A DNA stretch of 64,000 nt, taken from assembly GCA_964199315.1 (NCBI GenBank), contig OZ116699.1, positions 31,806,001 to 31,870,000 on the forward strand, read 5' to 3'. Below the pieces are notes generated by a model. It worked only from the letters and a program-made list of their open reading frames with translations. It was not told where the DNA came from and ran no database searches. This document shows positions 1-14,600 of the stretch, one piece after another. Position numbers and translations under genes: made by a program. Position 1 is the stretch's first letter, and the number at the start of each line of letters is the position of its first letter. The stretch is from Orbicella franksi (Eukaryota).

Positions 1-1121
1 AGAATTCAAAATTAAACAGTCAGCTGAAATCAAGAAAGTTCTTCAATACATTTGTGAACCCATAGATAGATCAACAGTTCAAGAGCTTAGGGGCAGCGGC
101 TTACACAGTTTTGATTGGATAACGGAGTTTTGCATCACGATGGTAAGATGTGGGTGAAACTTAGAGATATATTCTCAGAAATTCTGCTTAATGATCATAC
201 TGTGGCACCATGGTGTCACGAATTAATCATGTCATTCTGTAGTTAGTGGCGGACGTATCAAGTAAGGTGTCTGAGGGGGTACTTTAAGATTGAAGAACCA
301 GGATGCTGCCTCAGTGGAGATGAATTACACATTTGGAATGTACGCTCGTGTAATTTTTTATAAAGCCAAATGTTGGCCCGTTTATCCGCAAATATTAATT
401 TTATTCCCGAAATTCTACAGTTACAATTGGTTTAAGCGATTAGACGGAAAACGTAGCTATGGTTCCCAGCATCCAAACTCCGTCATAATCACGAATCAAT
501 GACATACGCTTTGTTTATTTCCAGTTGAGCTAAGATGAAGTATAGTTTGTACAACGTGTTACAGAGTTGACATATCTATCATGTTTACTAGCTTGTATCA
601 AGAAAACATTACTGAGATTAAGAAAGTTTCAATGCAATACCTTGTGTACATGTATAGCTGTACTGATTTTATATTTTTTCAATCTGTTTAAATTCTAGCT
701 TCACCTTTTAAGCGGACGACATAAAGTTGACGTCGACGCCCGACACGCGTTGTATGGAAAGCTTTGCCATGAAGCCGCATTTTGAGTCTTCCTGATCCGG
801 CAGTTTTCACTTTAAAATTTTACTTGCGACAGCACAGTTTTTAATCTCTTTCAACGAACGTTATTGCTAGGATGGTTATGTTAAGAGTCCAATTAACACA
901 TATTACAATATTTTTTTACCGAACACTGAATTTCTTGCTTTACAGTCAGTATCTCAAATGTTATAGGGGCGATCGAGTCGACATAATATGAAAAACGCTA
1001 CAGTTTTCTTAATGCAATTGTTGTCGACAGCAGACCGTAACTACTTTCGTAAAGGAAACTTCAATGACATTAAAAACAGAGTTCTTGAAATACATAATAG
1101 TCAAAATAAATTTCATTTTAC

Positions 1122-4100
1122 CTCCATCTTTTGGATATTCCTTGAGGCTGGACAATTTCATTCCCATCATCATTTGGAACTTGTAGAACGACGTACACAT
1201 TTTCAGTAGATACCTCGACCTATCAACGGAAAAAGATGTCAATAATAAGTGAGATACTGATAAAAGATCGTAAGTAAGCGCAGTAATATAATGCTGATTA
1301 TTCAAATGAGGGAATGAGGGAGTCTTTGTAGCTACGTAGAAATCCTCCCCCACCTTGATAAACATGTTTGCCAGCTCATAATCACACGGTAAATATAACT
1401 TCCTTACGTTATTAATCTTACCAAAGTATGAAGCATATCAGAAGAAAAAGAATCTCCCTTCCCGCTAGAATCATGCTGTGTCTGAGGAGCACTGACCCAC
1501 TCAATACAAGATCCCGAAATGACAAGATGACATTCGTCGCTAAGGGTAGTCTATGTCGGTCTTAACTATTTGCTTCTGTTTTCCTTTTATCTTTTTTTCC
1601 TTTTCATAACATTTTTGAAATTTTGCATGAAATGAAAATAAGATCAGTGACAAAGGAAAGAAGCTCGTAAATTCTCACATGTTTTCTTCTATTAATAGAA
1701 GAAGGACATAGTTTAGAAGTGCTAATAAAGTTTCCCTAAGCCACCTTTTCAGTTGATTTAATTCTCTCTTTCCTGAGTGTACCAGGTAATTTATTTGTTG
1801 GTAATTTATTATAATTTAACGCGCTTATTTTAGGAAGAGCTATCGGTGAGAATTATCAATCATTCTTTTTCCCATACGTTTGTTTAATATTACCGCGATC
1901 TTGCGCCACAAACATTTGACGCCATAATGAAAAAAACAGGCGTGGAGGGAAACAAATTCTAAAATACTAATAATCGTATATTGATCCTCGTGACTGTGGA
2001 TTCCCTTTCATCACACAACTCGTTATCACACAATAGACCTTTTACGACGCAAACAAAGTAAAATGAATGACATGTTTCATCATTTCTTTCGTTTGTGTTC
2101 TCTAGGCCTCACTATCAAGCTGAGTTTTAATATGTCGAAAGTGACCTATTCCTTTGACAAAGCTGTTGAATTAAACATGACGTAGTTAATAGCAAATGTC
2201 TAAAAATATCGCATTAATATTATTTATTATCATATGCCGTGGTCATAACAAAAAGCCTACGGCTTCTTGTTTTGGTTTCAACGTTATGGTAATGTATGGC
2301 GCTCTTCAAGAAATAGAGCTAAGAGGATTAATCGAACTTACTTCTTATAGCTGCAGGTGTACAGCACCATCTTGGATGTCTCCGGGTCACCGTGTGCTTC
2401 GATAAAAAACCGTCTCCGCTAAAAGTAAAAGACGAATCAAAGTAGTAATTAGGATTAGCGTAAATTGTCGATTGCTCTGTGTAATAACGCAATGGGATGA
2501 ATTATTCATGATTTTCTCTATTTGAACTACGCATCATTCAGTTCTGCATTGGTGATTGGTGTTGGCGTGGTTCAACACTGGGAATTGATACCACTAGATA
2601 AATAAGGTCGTCAACATCTCATAATTTTAAACAAATGCATTAAAAGTTTGAGAGCTCAGCGATGTTCATAATTCTTTTCAGCTCTTGAACTTATCAGCAT
2701 GTAATTCTTTTTTAAGTATAAACTGAGTAGCTATACGTACATGAAATGCCATTCTTTTAATGTTTTGCCACGGATGACGAAACGTTGGACTTTTGACGAT
2801 TCCTCTCTCCTAAAAGAAACGACGAGTTAAACACATTTATTTAGCACTGCAAAGAGTAGACCGATATAGAGTGAATTTGAATACAGCAAAAGTTACAGTA
2901 CGGCCTTGTGCGCCTACTGGCGCCTCGAGAACTGATGATGATGAAAAGTTACAGTGCCAACAAAGCAACGACAATATCTTTAGAGAGGAGTTGGTGATAT
3001 GGTCAAGTCAGTTAAGACAGTTAACGGTTCAAGGATATAGTAATTTGGGTTCGAATTCCGTTCAAGCCTAAATTTTCCACCGGCATGTACATAACTATGA
3101 TGATCATTCGTGCCCTTAGAGTATTGCAACCGTAAATACTCACGTCTGATGCTCCGATTTATTGTACGAGTAATATCATTGGGCTGAACAATTCAGAAAC
3201 GGTACTTAGTAACACACTTACCTCATAAACAATGAGTCCTCTCACACTGATCCCTAAACTGAAACTGCCTCTCTTGTCCTTTTTATACTGCAGCAATAAT
3301 GTAATAGGTTGCGGATGAGTTCATAGAAATTGCGAAAGCTGGCACAATTGCAAAAGGTAAGAGACAGTCGTTGATAAAGTGACAGCTGATATTGCCACTA
3401 CCTATCGCTTTGGTCAGTCTACGCGTGTTGTAGAAGTGCTCTGGTACACAAGTTACCCTCACAATCAAGGCAACAGCGTTGTAGACGTGTCAAAATTCAA
3501 AGTTTAATATTAAGGTGAATTTACCTTGGAAACCTTGTTAAATATAATTCCATATTCCTGTAGTTTCTGTGCCTCCTGCAAAAATGAAAGGTTCCGTGAA
3601 ATATAACTAAAAATCAACATCAACGACTACATGGGTTTCAGAACGAAATATATAAACATTGCTTGGCGTACCGTAATTAAGTTACCCTAGTCCTAACAAG
3701 GACATGGGTCAACTTTTTGTGCAATATGATCTCAATCCTTAAGCATTTTGTAGCGATTTGCATGGATGACTAGGATAAAAAGATGGGGAGTCATCCTGCA
3801 TTTTATACAGCGCTGATGATCGATGGCTAAACAAATGCGTCCGCACATACACAAATTATATTGTCTTCCATTACTATTGTCACGATTTGGATTATACTTA
3901 ATCTTATATCAATTAATTTATAGCTTTGTGCTTCTACTAAATATTATGGGTGTCCCTAATAACTCCTAAGCAAGTCAGAGCTTTGGTCCACTAACCTTTA
4001 AGTACTCGATCTCCGCCTGAGCATCACTCAGACCAGTGTGAGTCTTGTGCATTGATGGGAGATGCTTCTTTATGTAAGAAGCAGTGAGTTTGGCGATCGC

Positions 4101-6182
4101 CTTCAAATAGAAATCATTTAAGTTTTATTTACGAGAAAAGAAAAAGGCAAGGTTCTGATTTATTTCAATGCCTATTTTATACCACATCTTCATTGTTTTT
4201 TGACTTACATGGACTGTTCTAAGATTAGGTGTGGATGTTAACAATATTTTTATTCGATAACATTTTTAATACATTTCTAATTAACGACCGGAGACATCCA
4301 TCTGTGTTGACAAACTGAAACCCATTTTATGAGGTTCTATTTAAATTTCGCTAAACATCAACTTACTCTCTGTGGAAGATAGTGCTCGGGAACAAAGTAG
4401 TCCGAGCCATGGAGAGTCTGGTTGTAGTCTCCTACTTCAGCCTGCAAAGCGTAGGAAGCTAGGAGCATGGAGGTCTCCTCGTGAACGTAAATCCCTCCTT
4501 CCAATACATCTTTTCTCAACTGCAGGTAGTACAAGTGCCGAGTTGACTGTTGTCTAACGGTGAGGATGCAATCACAGAGAGATTATATTGGGGCTGCATG
4601 GAGGCACAGAATCCTACATAATTGCCATAAATACTTACTGTAAGAGGCAAATATTCTCCACATAATACTTGACCCTGAAGAAGATCGTAAAAACCAGAGA
4701 GGAATTACAGGAAACCTAAGGGAGAAAAAAAGAATTACCGTCACCCACGCTGATTAAGCAATAGATGAAAGGGCTTTTGAGGTTTAGCCCTGTAACTCGT
4801 GAGGTATGAAATGTATTAAAGATGTGACAAGGAAACATAGAGAACTTATAGCAACTGCCAGGGTCCATAACATACAATGATAACGTCATGTGACGTCCGA
4901 ATAGCCGCCATCTTAGACCCGCCATCTTGGATCCGTCATCTTGGATTTTATGACGGTCTGCAACATGTCATAAAAGCACCAAAACGGACTTAAAATAATC
5001 AAAACCAGTCACATGTCATATCAAATTGTTCCCATATATAGCACATAACTTAAGCCGCCAAATTTGGAATTACCATTCCCTCGACTCGTTTAAAGTTACA
5101 AATGGGCCGTAGGCTGCAAAAGCTCCCCGCTCCCCCTCCAGTCTGGATAGGGTTGATATGTTGGTGTCTTGCTCAGACTGTACTTGTACTAGAAATATAA
5201 TTTTGTTGCTGTTGTTGGCTGTCAGCTGGTTGCATTTAAATCATCGGTGGACTTCAAGCAGGTTGATTGGTTCTCTTGGTAACATTCTCTGTCTTCGTAT
5301 GACGACCATCTCAAAATTCCCATGGCTACGTTTCAAAATTGTAATTATGGTTTTCGTTTGTCGATCTGCTTATTTGTTTGCTTTCTGTTTCTGTCCTTTG
5401 TCTTGATCGAGGAAAATAGCAAATAGAAATAAATATTCGTTGAGTCACTTACGTCATCTTTCCAGAGATGGGGCGCAAACTTTGCCAGTTTTGAAAGTTT
5501 CTCATTCAAGTCCAAGAACTCGTGCTCACCATCTAAATATGCAACAATACACGCATGAAGTAATAAAATATCTTTAAGTCTGATAGGAAATGCTTTTTGA
5601 ACTTTCACTCCGATTTGGAGATGAAATAAACATGAAATCAGTTTGTACCAGATCGATGCTTATGTAATCAAGCTCTGATCATGTTAAGCCGTTTTAACTG
5701 TCAACCTTGGCCTGGCCAGTCAAATATGAGTTCGTCCAGGAACCAGCTCAATAATCAGACACTTGTAGATGCTGCTTTTTTAACTTTTGATTGGCTAAAG
5801 GAATTGCACAACCCCTGAGCAAAAGCAATCTGATGTGTCAAAAATATTTAAGCGATTCACCGTGGCATATCGCACATCAAATGTAGCAGGCGCAATATAA
5901 TGTGACTATACTCACCTTTTATGATCATAAGGCCAAAGAAAGTAGTTTCTGTAAGTCCAAGATGATCCGTGATGATGCTGTACAAGTCTTGTCCAGTGGC
6001 GGAACCCTAAAATTGGAGAATATCAATATAATATAATTCAACTCCAAAGAGATACTTTCGTTTGGGAATGTCAAAGTTGACGACTGGAACATTTCAAGTC
6101 AAGCTTAATTTACCTGAACTCTGACATTAAGCCTCTCTCCATTTAGCAAAACCACGTTGATCAACTTGTCACCCTCGCCTAT
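1122..6182 (-). CDS. FERM-domain protein, PTPN13/FRMPD2-like FERM; 11 exons; 5' start unresolved and 3' part continues outside the window
   Basis: Phase-consistent GT-AG exons: 6114-6182, 5916-6006, 5453-5532, 4639-4715, 4367-4553, 3996-4100, 3525-3575, 3222-3287, 2741-2809, 2342-2418, 1122-1219 (970 nt). Translation includes INVVLLNGERLNV, FFRVKYYVEN, HLYYLQLRKDVLEG...LLASYALQAEVGDY...YFVPEHYLPQR, EAQKLQEYGIIF, RHPWQNIKRMAF and SRYLLKMCTSFYKFQ. These follow the F1-F2-F3 lobes of the PTPN13-type FERM as I recall it (QYYLQLRKDILEE...LLASLALQAEYGDY). Orthology not established. Confidence 0.92.
2032..2150. mobile_element. Short MITE-like element in FERM-gene intron
   Basis: Imperfect terminal inverted repeats aatagaccttttacgac / gtcgaaagtgacctatt (12 of 17 matching); no ORF. 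Confidence 0.4.
4860..5157. repeat. Non-autonomous DNA-transposon-like fragment with repeated CCGCCATCTTGGA motifs
   Basis: Three tandem ccgccatctt(a/g)ga-like units at about 4905-4945, inside the 4715-5453 intron. This motif type is common in subterminal regions of metazoan non-autonomous elements. Boundaries approximate. Confidence 0.35.
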
Positions 6183-8465
6183 CTGAAAAGAAATAAAGAT
6201 GGTATTTTAAACCAGCAATTCCATGTAAATGTGTGCGAATCAAAATCGTGGTTCTAGCTTTTAGATAAGTGTGGTTTGTGACAGTTACTGGGGTATGGAG
6301 AAACCACTGGAACTGAAGTTGCCACAAGGAAGCTTATCGTATCACTAAACAAACTAGCGCAGACAAAGTAAAGTGAAATGGCATGAAGTGATCAGGACAA
6401 CACCCAAGCAAACGGAAGCAAAACGAGTGACATTAAATCGAACTCGAGCTTTTTAACAATAACACCCACTAAAGTGCAAAAACAAGATTGGTCTCGCCCA
6501 AAATGAGACTGAAATAAAAACAATAACAGCAAACACATTTACAACCGCTTTACAAGTAGCTTGCAGAAAGCATAATTGATGACTACGTATATCGCGAACT
6601 GAGTAATGTAAGGTAAATTACGACTTAAGTCCACCATCTGTGAGCAGGCAAACTTAAGCTGCCAAAAGAAGGTGCACTTACAAAAGAGCGTTTCTCAGCA
6701 AGACCGATCGCATCCAAGGCGGGAAAGCCATGTTATCTAAAATGTTCTCTTTGCTGGCGATTTCGTGAAAATATCACCTGTAGTTCAAGAAATAAAAATT
6801 TGCTCTGTGATACGAATTTGTCCCCATACTTTTTCAATCGTCGCCATCAACAGAGAGCCTGGAACTGGCATATCATATAGTAAGAACATATATAGTAAGA
6901 AATTCAGTGAACTTTTTCGAGATTAGAATTTCAAATAATAGCGATTCAATTGAGTCCTTCAAGTACTTTTTTTAACAAAAAGATTTTTTATAACGGAGTA
7001 GAACTTTTCGAAGAAACAAAATATGCAAATTTTATGGATCGACAGCGGAAAACGCGGTCGTTAAGCAGCTTTTGTGAGTGCACCGTCTTGTAATGTAAGT
7101 GTTTGTGCTATACGCGTTATTTTGGTAAAAGTTGTCAAAATACGGTAGTGTGGTGTGAAAATTGCCTGGGACGTTTCGTGCCAGGTTCCATACAGTTCTT
7201 GTGTTTGTGTTGCGTGAGTGAACCAGCCTGAAGAGTCGTCTTGTTACGTTGCTTTTGTTAAAATTAAACAATTTCTCGTTGTGGTTTAAGCTAGCGTAAG
7301 GTGTACAGTGAAGTACTTACCAACAACCTTATAATGTTCTTTTAACTAGTACGTTTCATACAGCTGATATCGTGAAATATTTCAAACTATGTCACGAGTC
7401 ACGCTATAGATTCTTAAAGGTGTACGTGGAACTTTTGGGGGACAGTCACGTGCCTGTGCAAAGTGAGTGCAAAAGAAAAGATTAAAAGTGGTCTCATTGT
7501 ACAGTGATGAAGCGACAGTGTGAGTGATAAGTAGATAGGTCAGTTGCAGTTCATGCTTAAACTGACTAAGCATGCTTCGTGCACAAAGATCAAGGAAACG
7601 AAATGCAACAATAAAAAGAAGAACAAAGGTGAAAGAAGAATACCAAAACGCCTGCCTCCTCGGCCTTGTCGTCTGCCCGTCTTCCCGCCTGAGAGTGAGC
7701 GAGAGTTAGAGAAGAAAAATTACATGTTATGCACTTTTTAAAGATGTTAATATGCAAAATAAAACGAAGAAGACTATAAATTAGTCATGGACGTAAGAAG
7801 TTCCTACTAATAAAGCCATGCAGAATGACAAGATCCGCGGAAGAGATGATAAAAGCGTTAATTCACACAAAGATTATTAAGCCATTTGATCAGCAAGAGT
7901 GTTAAAATCACGTGACTGGGTTTGAAAGGACTACAGTTCTTTTTACCCCAAAGATACCGCCTTCCATTGATTTCTGATGGTGTATTTTTCCAGGAAGAGC
8001 TTTCCTGACTTTCATGACATTGTTAATTATACCAAGATGTCCGTTGTTGCATAAATTTATTACTGGGATTGGCTAATTGCATTGATCAGTTTACCCACCT
8101 AACATCATTCTTCGCTAGATATTAAGGGAATCTTAGTGTGTACCAGGATTTATACAAGTAATTAGCTTCTATATGTACTTTTTACGCATGAAGTGGATGG
8201 AGAAAACAAGGATGTACATATATTATCTAAGTAAATAAGTGTAATAATATTACCATGTACTATCAAAGTGAGAGTATTGCGCATTCCTTCAAAGAGTAGG
8301 GAGTTATCTTGTCAGATCAACGTTGGGGAAGAGGAGGGGGAGGTTAAGGCAGGGCGGGGGAGAATGGTACATGTGACAAAAGAGAAAACGATGAACTAAT
8401 GAAAGCTACATAAGATTTTTCTTCCATTTTCCATGAGGTCACTGGGAGACAATTCTTCCTGTTGC

Positions 8466-8609
8466 TAGTTTGAGAAGCCCGCGGGATTTCCCGAGCGTAT
8501 GTTCGTTTCGGCGTAGCCGCGAACGCCGTCAAATGGCGAAGCCTCGAGGGAACTCTTGCGAGCAACCACGTGAGAAACTCGCGCGAAACCCTCCGGGCTA
8601 CGCAGTCTA
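8466..8609. mobile_element. MITE-like GC-rich insertion
   Basis: Imperfect inverted ends tagtttgagaagcccgcggg / ccctccgggctacgcagtcta around a CpG-rich core in AT-rich DNA. Confidence 0.45.
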
Positions 8610-11600
8610 CCCTGCAGCAAATTTGTTGAATCATCAAATTCACTCGCTTCTAACGATTAACTGAAAGAAAGAAAATCAAAACTTTCGCTTTTGCTTTTGC
8701 TTTCTTGTCTTTGTTTTCGTGCCTTATCGCGCTCTATTCTGCACAGTCATGGCATTTCTAATGTTAATGTTTGGGATCGAGGGAATCAAAACATCTTTCT
8801 GCTACCAATGGGAGATAAATTTAACGCGATCTTGCATAACTGAGTTTCAGGAAGAACTTCTCGAAAACTTGCTTTAAAGCTTCCTGTAGCGTCTCTATAG
8901 CATCTCTATTGATTTCCCGAGATTTACTATGCAAAATGCTCAGACGTCTGCAATCTTCATGTGTCTTCCTGTTTTTCCTTTCTCCTTTTGATATTACAAA
9001 GAGCTTTAACAAGTCAGACAAAACAAATTTTAAGTGTTCCTGATCAACAGCAGCAATCTTCTTGAGTATTATCATTATTATTGTTATTATTTCGTTTTTT
9101 TAAAATTATTACTTGTTTGTTTTTTCGGCTTATTTATCAACAGTTGTTTTGCAAGTTAATGATCGTCAGGAAAGGTATATTGCCAAGAATCCTTGTAGGT
9201 CTCAGGCACATGTAGTACAGGTTATGAACTAGTAACATATCAGCGATAAACAAATCACAATTTCCGAGCCACTATGTCTTGACTTAAACGGATTACTGAT
9301 ATGGTTTGCACCCCACTCGAAATTATGAAGGGAACAAAATCAGCATAAACACAGAAGTGTTTAAAAAAACATTTCAAGACAAATCTAAAATCGTTTAGTT
9401 GTAACCCTAAATAGGACTGACAAACTGATGATGAAAACATTGTAAATTGGCCTAAAAACTTCGTGATGAGATGGAACTGACCATCTAACTGGTACAAAAT
9501 CATGTCTTTAACGATAATGAAAAGAGATGAAGTGAATACAAAACACGGTGCATATGTTTTGACGACTGTGAAAATCTGGAACATGGACAGAATACGGAGA
9601 GTGTAACCAGTTTGTTTTGATCAAAAATGGAAAAAATGTTTTGACTCTTGGCTAAGGCAAAAAGTTTCTCGAAAAATTCATACCACTTAAAATTTACCGA
9701 TAAGGGTATAGCCTAAAACGCCGAAATGCAAGAGGGAAGAGCGTGAAGCAATTGCGATGGTAAGAAAAAGAAAAACATATTTTCATGTTTATAGCCCCAG
9801 AACTTCATGTGAATGACGTATATGAGGCAAGAGGTAAACATTTGATCTGACCAAGAGATATTAATGAGAAAAATCGCCGCAGGTATCCTTCACATGAGAT
9901 TAAGCGCAAATATGGTATTGAAATCCTACAGTTGCGGGAGTATTTGTCATAGAGTTTCGCTACAAGTGGTAAAATGCGCTTAAATAGAAACGAAAGTCGC
10001 TGCTAATTCGCTGAGAGTATTCATTGTCAGCGTGAACTTATCAGCTAAAGAATGGGGCCCTGACTGAAAATAGAACTTGTTTCCAAGAAAATAGTCCGCT
10101 CAAAAACTGTCATATTACACATCTATTGATGGAAATACAATAAATCAAAGCTTTTTAGTTCAGCCCACAAGAAAACAAATTAAGAGCGGTCCCGAAAATG
10201 CTGAAGTTGATTGTAACTTGCGTGCACATCAACTCATATTAGTGATAAATATTTCTTAGGGACTGGTCAGAGATGAAACCGTTTCATTTGCCACAGTTTG
10301 ATTTCTCAGTTAGGATCATTTAGCTTTCATATTTTCTTGCCAATTATTTGTTCATTGATGCTAGATTCAAGGCATTTGGGGAAATAACAGGAGAGAGATT
10401 TTACGTAACCTTAAAATTGATTCTTTTGGCGTGCTTTTACCCACGATGAAATTGTTTTCTTTCAAGCTGCAAGAACTACTGGAAACTTGAATTTTTAAAC
10501 ACCGTGCATGTATTTAATTTTTATACGAATAAAAGCTGAAATGATTGCTTTGTTATATATTTTGCCTGCAAAAGAGTTCGCCATTAAACTTATTTCGTCA
10601 TTACTAATGGCATGTTTTAGAATCATTCAGCACAGGTAATCTGCCTAAAATTAATGACTATTTCTATGTAGTTCTTCGTTTCCCAGTGACCTCGTATATC
10701 TAAAAAATTTATTATTTCATTTATGCAGAAAACGTTTTTATGGAATAAAGAATATGCCAAATAAGCGAAGAACTTAACAACGGGGCAACATACTACTAAT
10801 ACGGCCGCGAGTCGGTAATTCTCAAACTGTCTAACAGTCCTCGATTAAAAGCTCAAACAAGAAGATGGTTTACTTATTCGCAAGGAAATCTTAGTGCATA
10901 TAATATTATTTGCCAAAATCTTAATCTGAGTGATGCACATTAGTCAATAACCAGTACTAAGAACATAAAATGCAGTCTATACTTACAACTGTCGCAGCGT
11001 TCATCAGAGATGTGGCAGCTAGTAGATTTTATGCAACCAGATCTGTCTTCTGCATTTTGTCCTCATGACGTTACGTTTCTTACGCGTTGAAAGACAATTG
11101 GTGTGGGTTTAGCCGATCTTCAGTCTCCCGCTTTACATTTCCGGATGTCAGCTACAGTAAAACCTGAAAGATCTAACCATGAAAAATTCACACATTGGCG
11201 CGTTTGGATTATATTTCCAATCATTTTTTATATCTCCTTTAGTAGGAGTTTTCAATTTTTTTTGTTGAGTTCATCGCAAATAGATTTGCTATTGTTTTGG
11301 TTTTCAACTTCTATTTGAATTTCGTGGCAAACACCTTGAATTTAGTGAACACAAATCTATTCTCACCAGCCGTTAAAGCGAATCTAAAGCGAACGAAACA
11401 ATATCAACAGAGAGATTAAAAACGAAGAAAACACCAAAAGTTGTCAAATTACAAATTCACAGCACCGAAAACTCTCATGTTGCGCCGTAGTAATGTCAAA
11501 ATGAGAAAAACATTTTAAATCACTCGTTGAAACTACAAGATATGGTGATCTTTCTGGCTAAAAAATCGAAGAACAGCCTTACCTGAATAGAAATAGACAC

Positions 11601-14600
11601 TTTTATGGCCTCCAAAACTCGTCGATGTTGCTGATGCGTCGAATTTAGCTGAGCGCGATTAAATTTCGCTTTGATCTTTAGACAAATCGATGAACGACAG
11701 AACGACAGGTGAATCGAACCAAGCCTTATGCAAATTAAATGTCAAAATCTCCAAATGCATAATATTAACCTCGGCTCTAAGAATCTTGTTCCCGAGGCAT
11801 TTAGAAATCATAACATAAAATTAAAACAACGCGCGCGGAAGACATCTTTCTCGCGTCACCTTCTCCGAAATTATGTTTCAAATTTGTGGCCCACGTAATT
11901 ACTTCACTCGCTTTTCTTCCGGGAGAATAATCCATCCTTTTAGCCAGCAAATTTGCATTTCCAGTGTTATATCAAGAGTTTTATTCATATTTTCAATTAG
12001 TGGTTTCGTATTGTGTCGGGTTGTTCAAATACGTTTTTCAATCAGAATCGTTTCGCCTACTGTGAAGATATGGTTAATTAATGGCATTTTGCCGAAGTTT
12101 CCAATGTAAGGATTCTTGAAAGATGAAATCAAAAATCAAGGGATAGGACAAGGAAAATAAAAGAACACTTGCTAGATATACCACTAAACTCAATGCTGCT
12201 TTGTGACTAAGCCTTGCTAGATTTCGCTTCCTTGGTCCATTGTATAAGTTTTCTTTACCGATCTTTTTCTCCCTATGTTCTTAATTCCGTTCAAGCTAAC
12301 TTTCTCTGCCAAATGACAGTAAAAGCGGTTATTCGCTTATGTGACGAACAATTTCTAATCGTAAAACGTTAGTTCTTTCGGCTTATGTTCTTAAGATTTT
12401 TTTTTTTTTCTTAGTCTTTCGGGGAACAATTTTCACATCTTAGGGGGCCAAATATTCCACCGATTCTGAATTGTGAACGGAAGTCAGTGTTGAAATGAAA
12501 ATGATTTGCTGTTAGCTAGATCTAAAATGAAAATATCATATCTAAACAGGAGCTAAAAATAGCAAAATAGAAGTTTTGAGTGGCAAGTTACATTTAAACC
12601 TCCCTTAGTTTGTGTTCAGATGTCATTTACCAAAAAAAAATTGCAAATAACATTTTCAAATAGTTACAAAAAGAAAACTGACACAACAAAACTCTCCACA
12701 ATTCAACTGGATTAATTAATTAGGCGAAATATTCTCTTAAGATCTTCCTCTACTGTTTAGCATGGACACATTGCAGAAGCATCCGCTTCGTTACGTCATA
12801 CAACCACTCTGTATTCAAGGCGCAGAGCATAGCACTAAATAATTTCGTCTAATTCAATTTCTCGAGATCCAATATTAAACCCTATATATTTTCCTAGCTA
12901 CGTCATAATTTCGCAAGTCTGTCACAAGTGTTTATTCACTGAAAATACGCTGCTAAAAAAATGACCTCAGTGAAATTTGTTTGCAACGGTGTGACGCCCT
13001 TAAGTACAAATTAAATCACAGGGACAAAAGAAAAGAAATATAAGTAATTTAGACTTTTATGTTAGATCAAGAAGTATTTAATGCTATAAAATACAGTTTA
13101 CGCGCCATATCGTTGAGGTAACAATAGCCGTATTAAATCATAAACTGCGTATTTTGCTTTCTTCGAAATTTTAGAGACAATTTTGATAGATGTTTTCACC
13201 TTTGTGCCTCTTTTAATTGCACCAAGTCAGAACATAAACGCTAGACAAAAATCATTAAAAATTACGCTATTGGGTTGAGTCTTTGAGATCGATTGTTTCT
13301 TTATGTCACCTGGTGGCCTTTACTAAGGCAAAACTCCGAATTTTAGAGAAATTAGTCCTAACAAACAATCACATTAAAGTAACCCTCTTTTCTAGATTAA
13401 ATCCCAAGCTCCGACATTTATTCGAGTTCAAGACATACATTTCCTAATCTGCGCTGAAATTAAAGAACTATGTTTGCCTACTGTACTACATTCGTTTTAC
13501 TCCACTTCACTCCAAAGAAATGAAGTGAGTGAAAAAAAAAAAAAACCCTAGTATTCAATAGACGATGGGATAGCAATACAAACCAGGTTCTAATAAATTT
13601 AACGCCGGATCGGACAAGTCTCAATTTAAAATAAATGACAATGATATATGCATGTTAACAGTAGGTAATTTCTCAAATCAAGTGGGCAAAAAATATGGCT
13701 TACCCACTCTGACCTCGAGGTTTAACAAGTTGTAATTGCAGGCTTCGAATGTAAGCGAATAGGAAGAAACGAAAGGTTTTCCCCTGCTTTTGGTAATAAT
13801 TTAGTCTTAAAGCGATGAAATACTCGGTAGTACTTACTCACTTTCAAGTTACATTACCAATTATGTTCGTACTGGTCACGTTCAGCTATGATCTCATAGA
13901 TCAAATGGCGATGATAACTTGCAACGGCTGACTTAATCGTGTTAGTCACTCATTTTTTTCACACGTTAGTCATGGAGAAAGTGGGCGTTAGAAACACAGA
14001 AATGATAGGCACTTAAATGAGAAAACACCCTGCAAAGTTTCCCAAATTCAAGGTAAAGACCGAGCTACGTTGACCGAAAAAGAAAAACAATACAGACTTC
14101 GAGTCTAAGTTTTTAATGAGAGCATAGTCAACGAGGCGCAGGCGTGCTGACTATCGGCTCATAGAAAACGAAGGTGAGTATTCTAGCTTCCGCCGGTTTA
14201 GGAAAAAATTCCAACGAATTACGGTCTAAAACTTACAATTTAGAGATATTTTTAAACCAACAATTAAAGAATACTTTCTCCTCAAAGAGTGACTCGCGCG
14301 CGATCGTTTTGAATCAGCGATGCAACTATCAGCCCAGAAACAATCAGATTAGTGGACATTGCTAGTATAGCGTTTAAGTATCCCATTGCTAAGCGGAAAT
14401 TTGTACATGAAAACTGGAAACTGCAACCTGTATCGATCTCAAGCGTACAACTTAGCGCCTGTGAAATATTGATGAGAAAACTGTCATTGTGCGACTGCGA
14501 ACATTGTTTGGTCAGTGGTTCACTTAATCAAGGAATGACACACTCTACCTCTTTTAACAGAAGACGTCAAGTTGAGACTGCGTCGAGTTGCAAAAACGTG

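Noticed and set aside
705-791. Phase-compatible candidate next exon of the FERM gene (RLKMRLHGKAFHTTRVGRRRQLYVVRLK)
   Set aside because: The acceptor (ctgccggatcag) has no pyrimidine tract and there is no recognisable domain match; not included in the model.
6682-6731. Alternative FERM first exon MAFPPWMRSVLLRNAL with a strong GTAAGT donor
   Set aside because: It ends in phase 2, the next exon needs phase 0, and I found no bridging exon.
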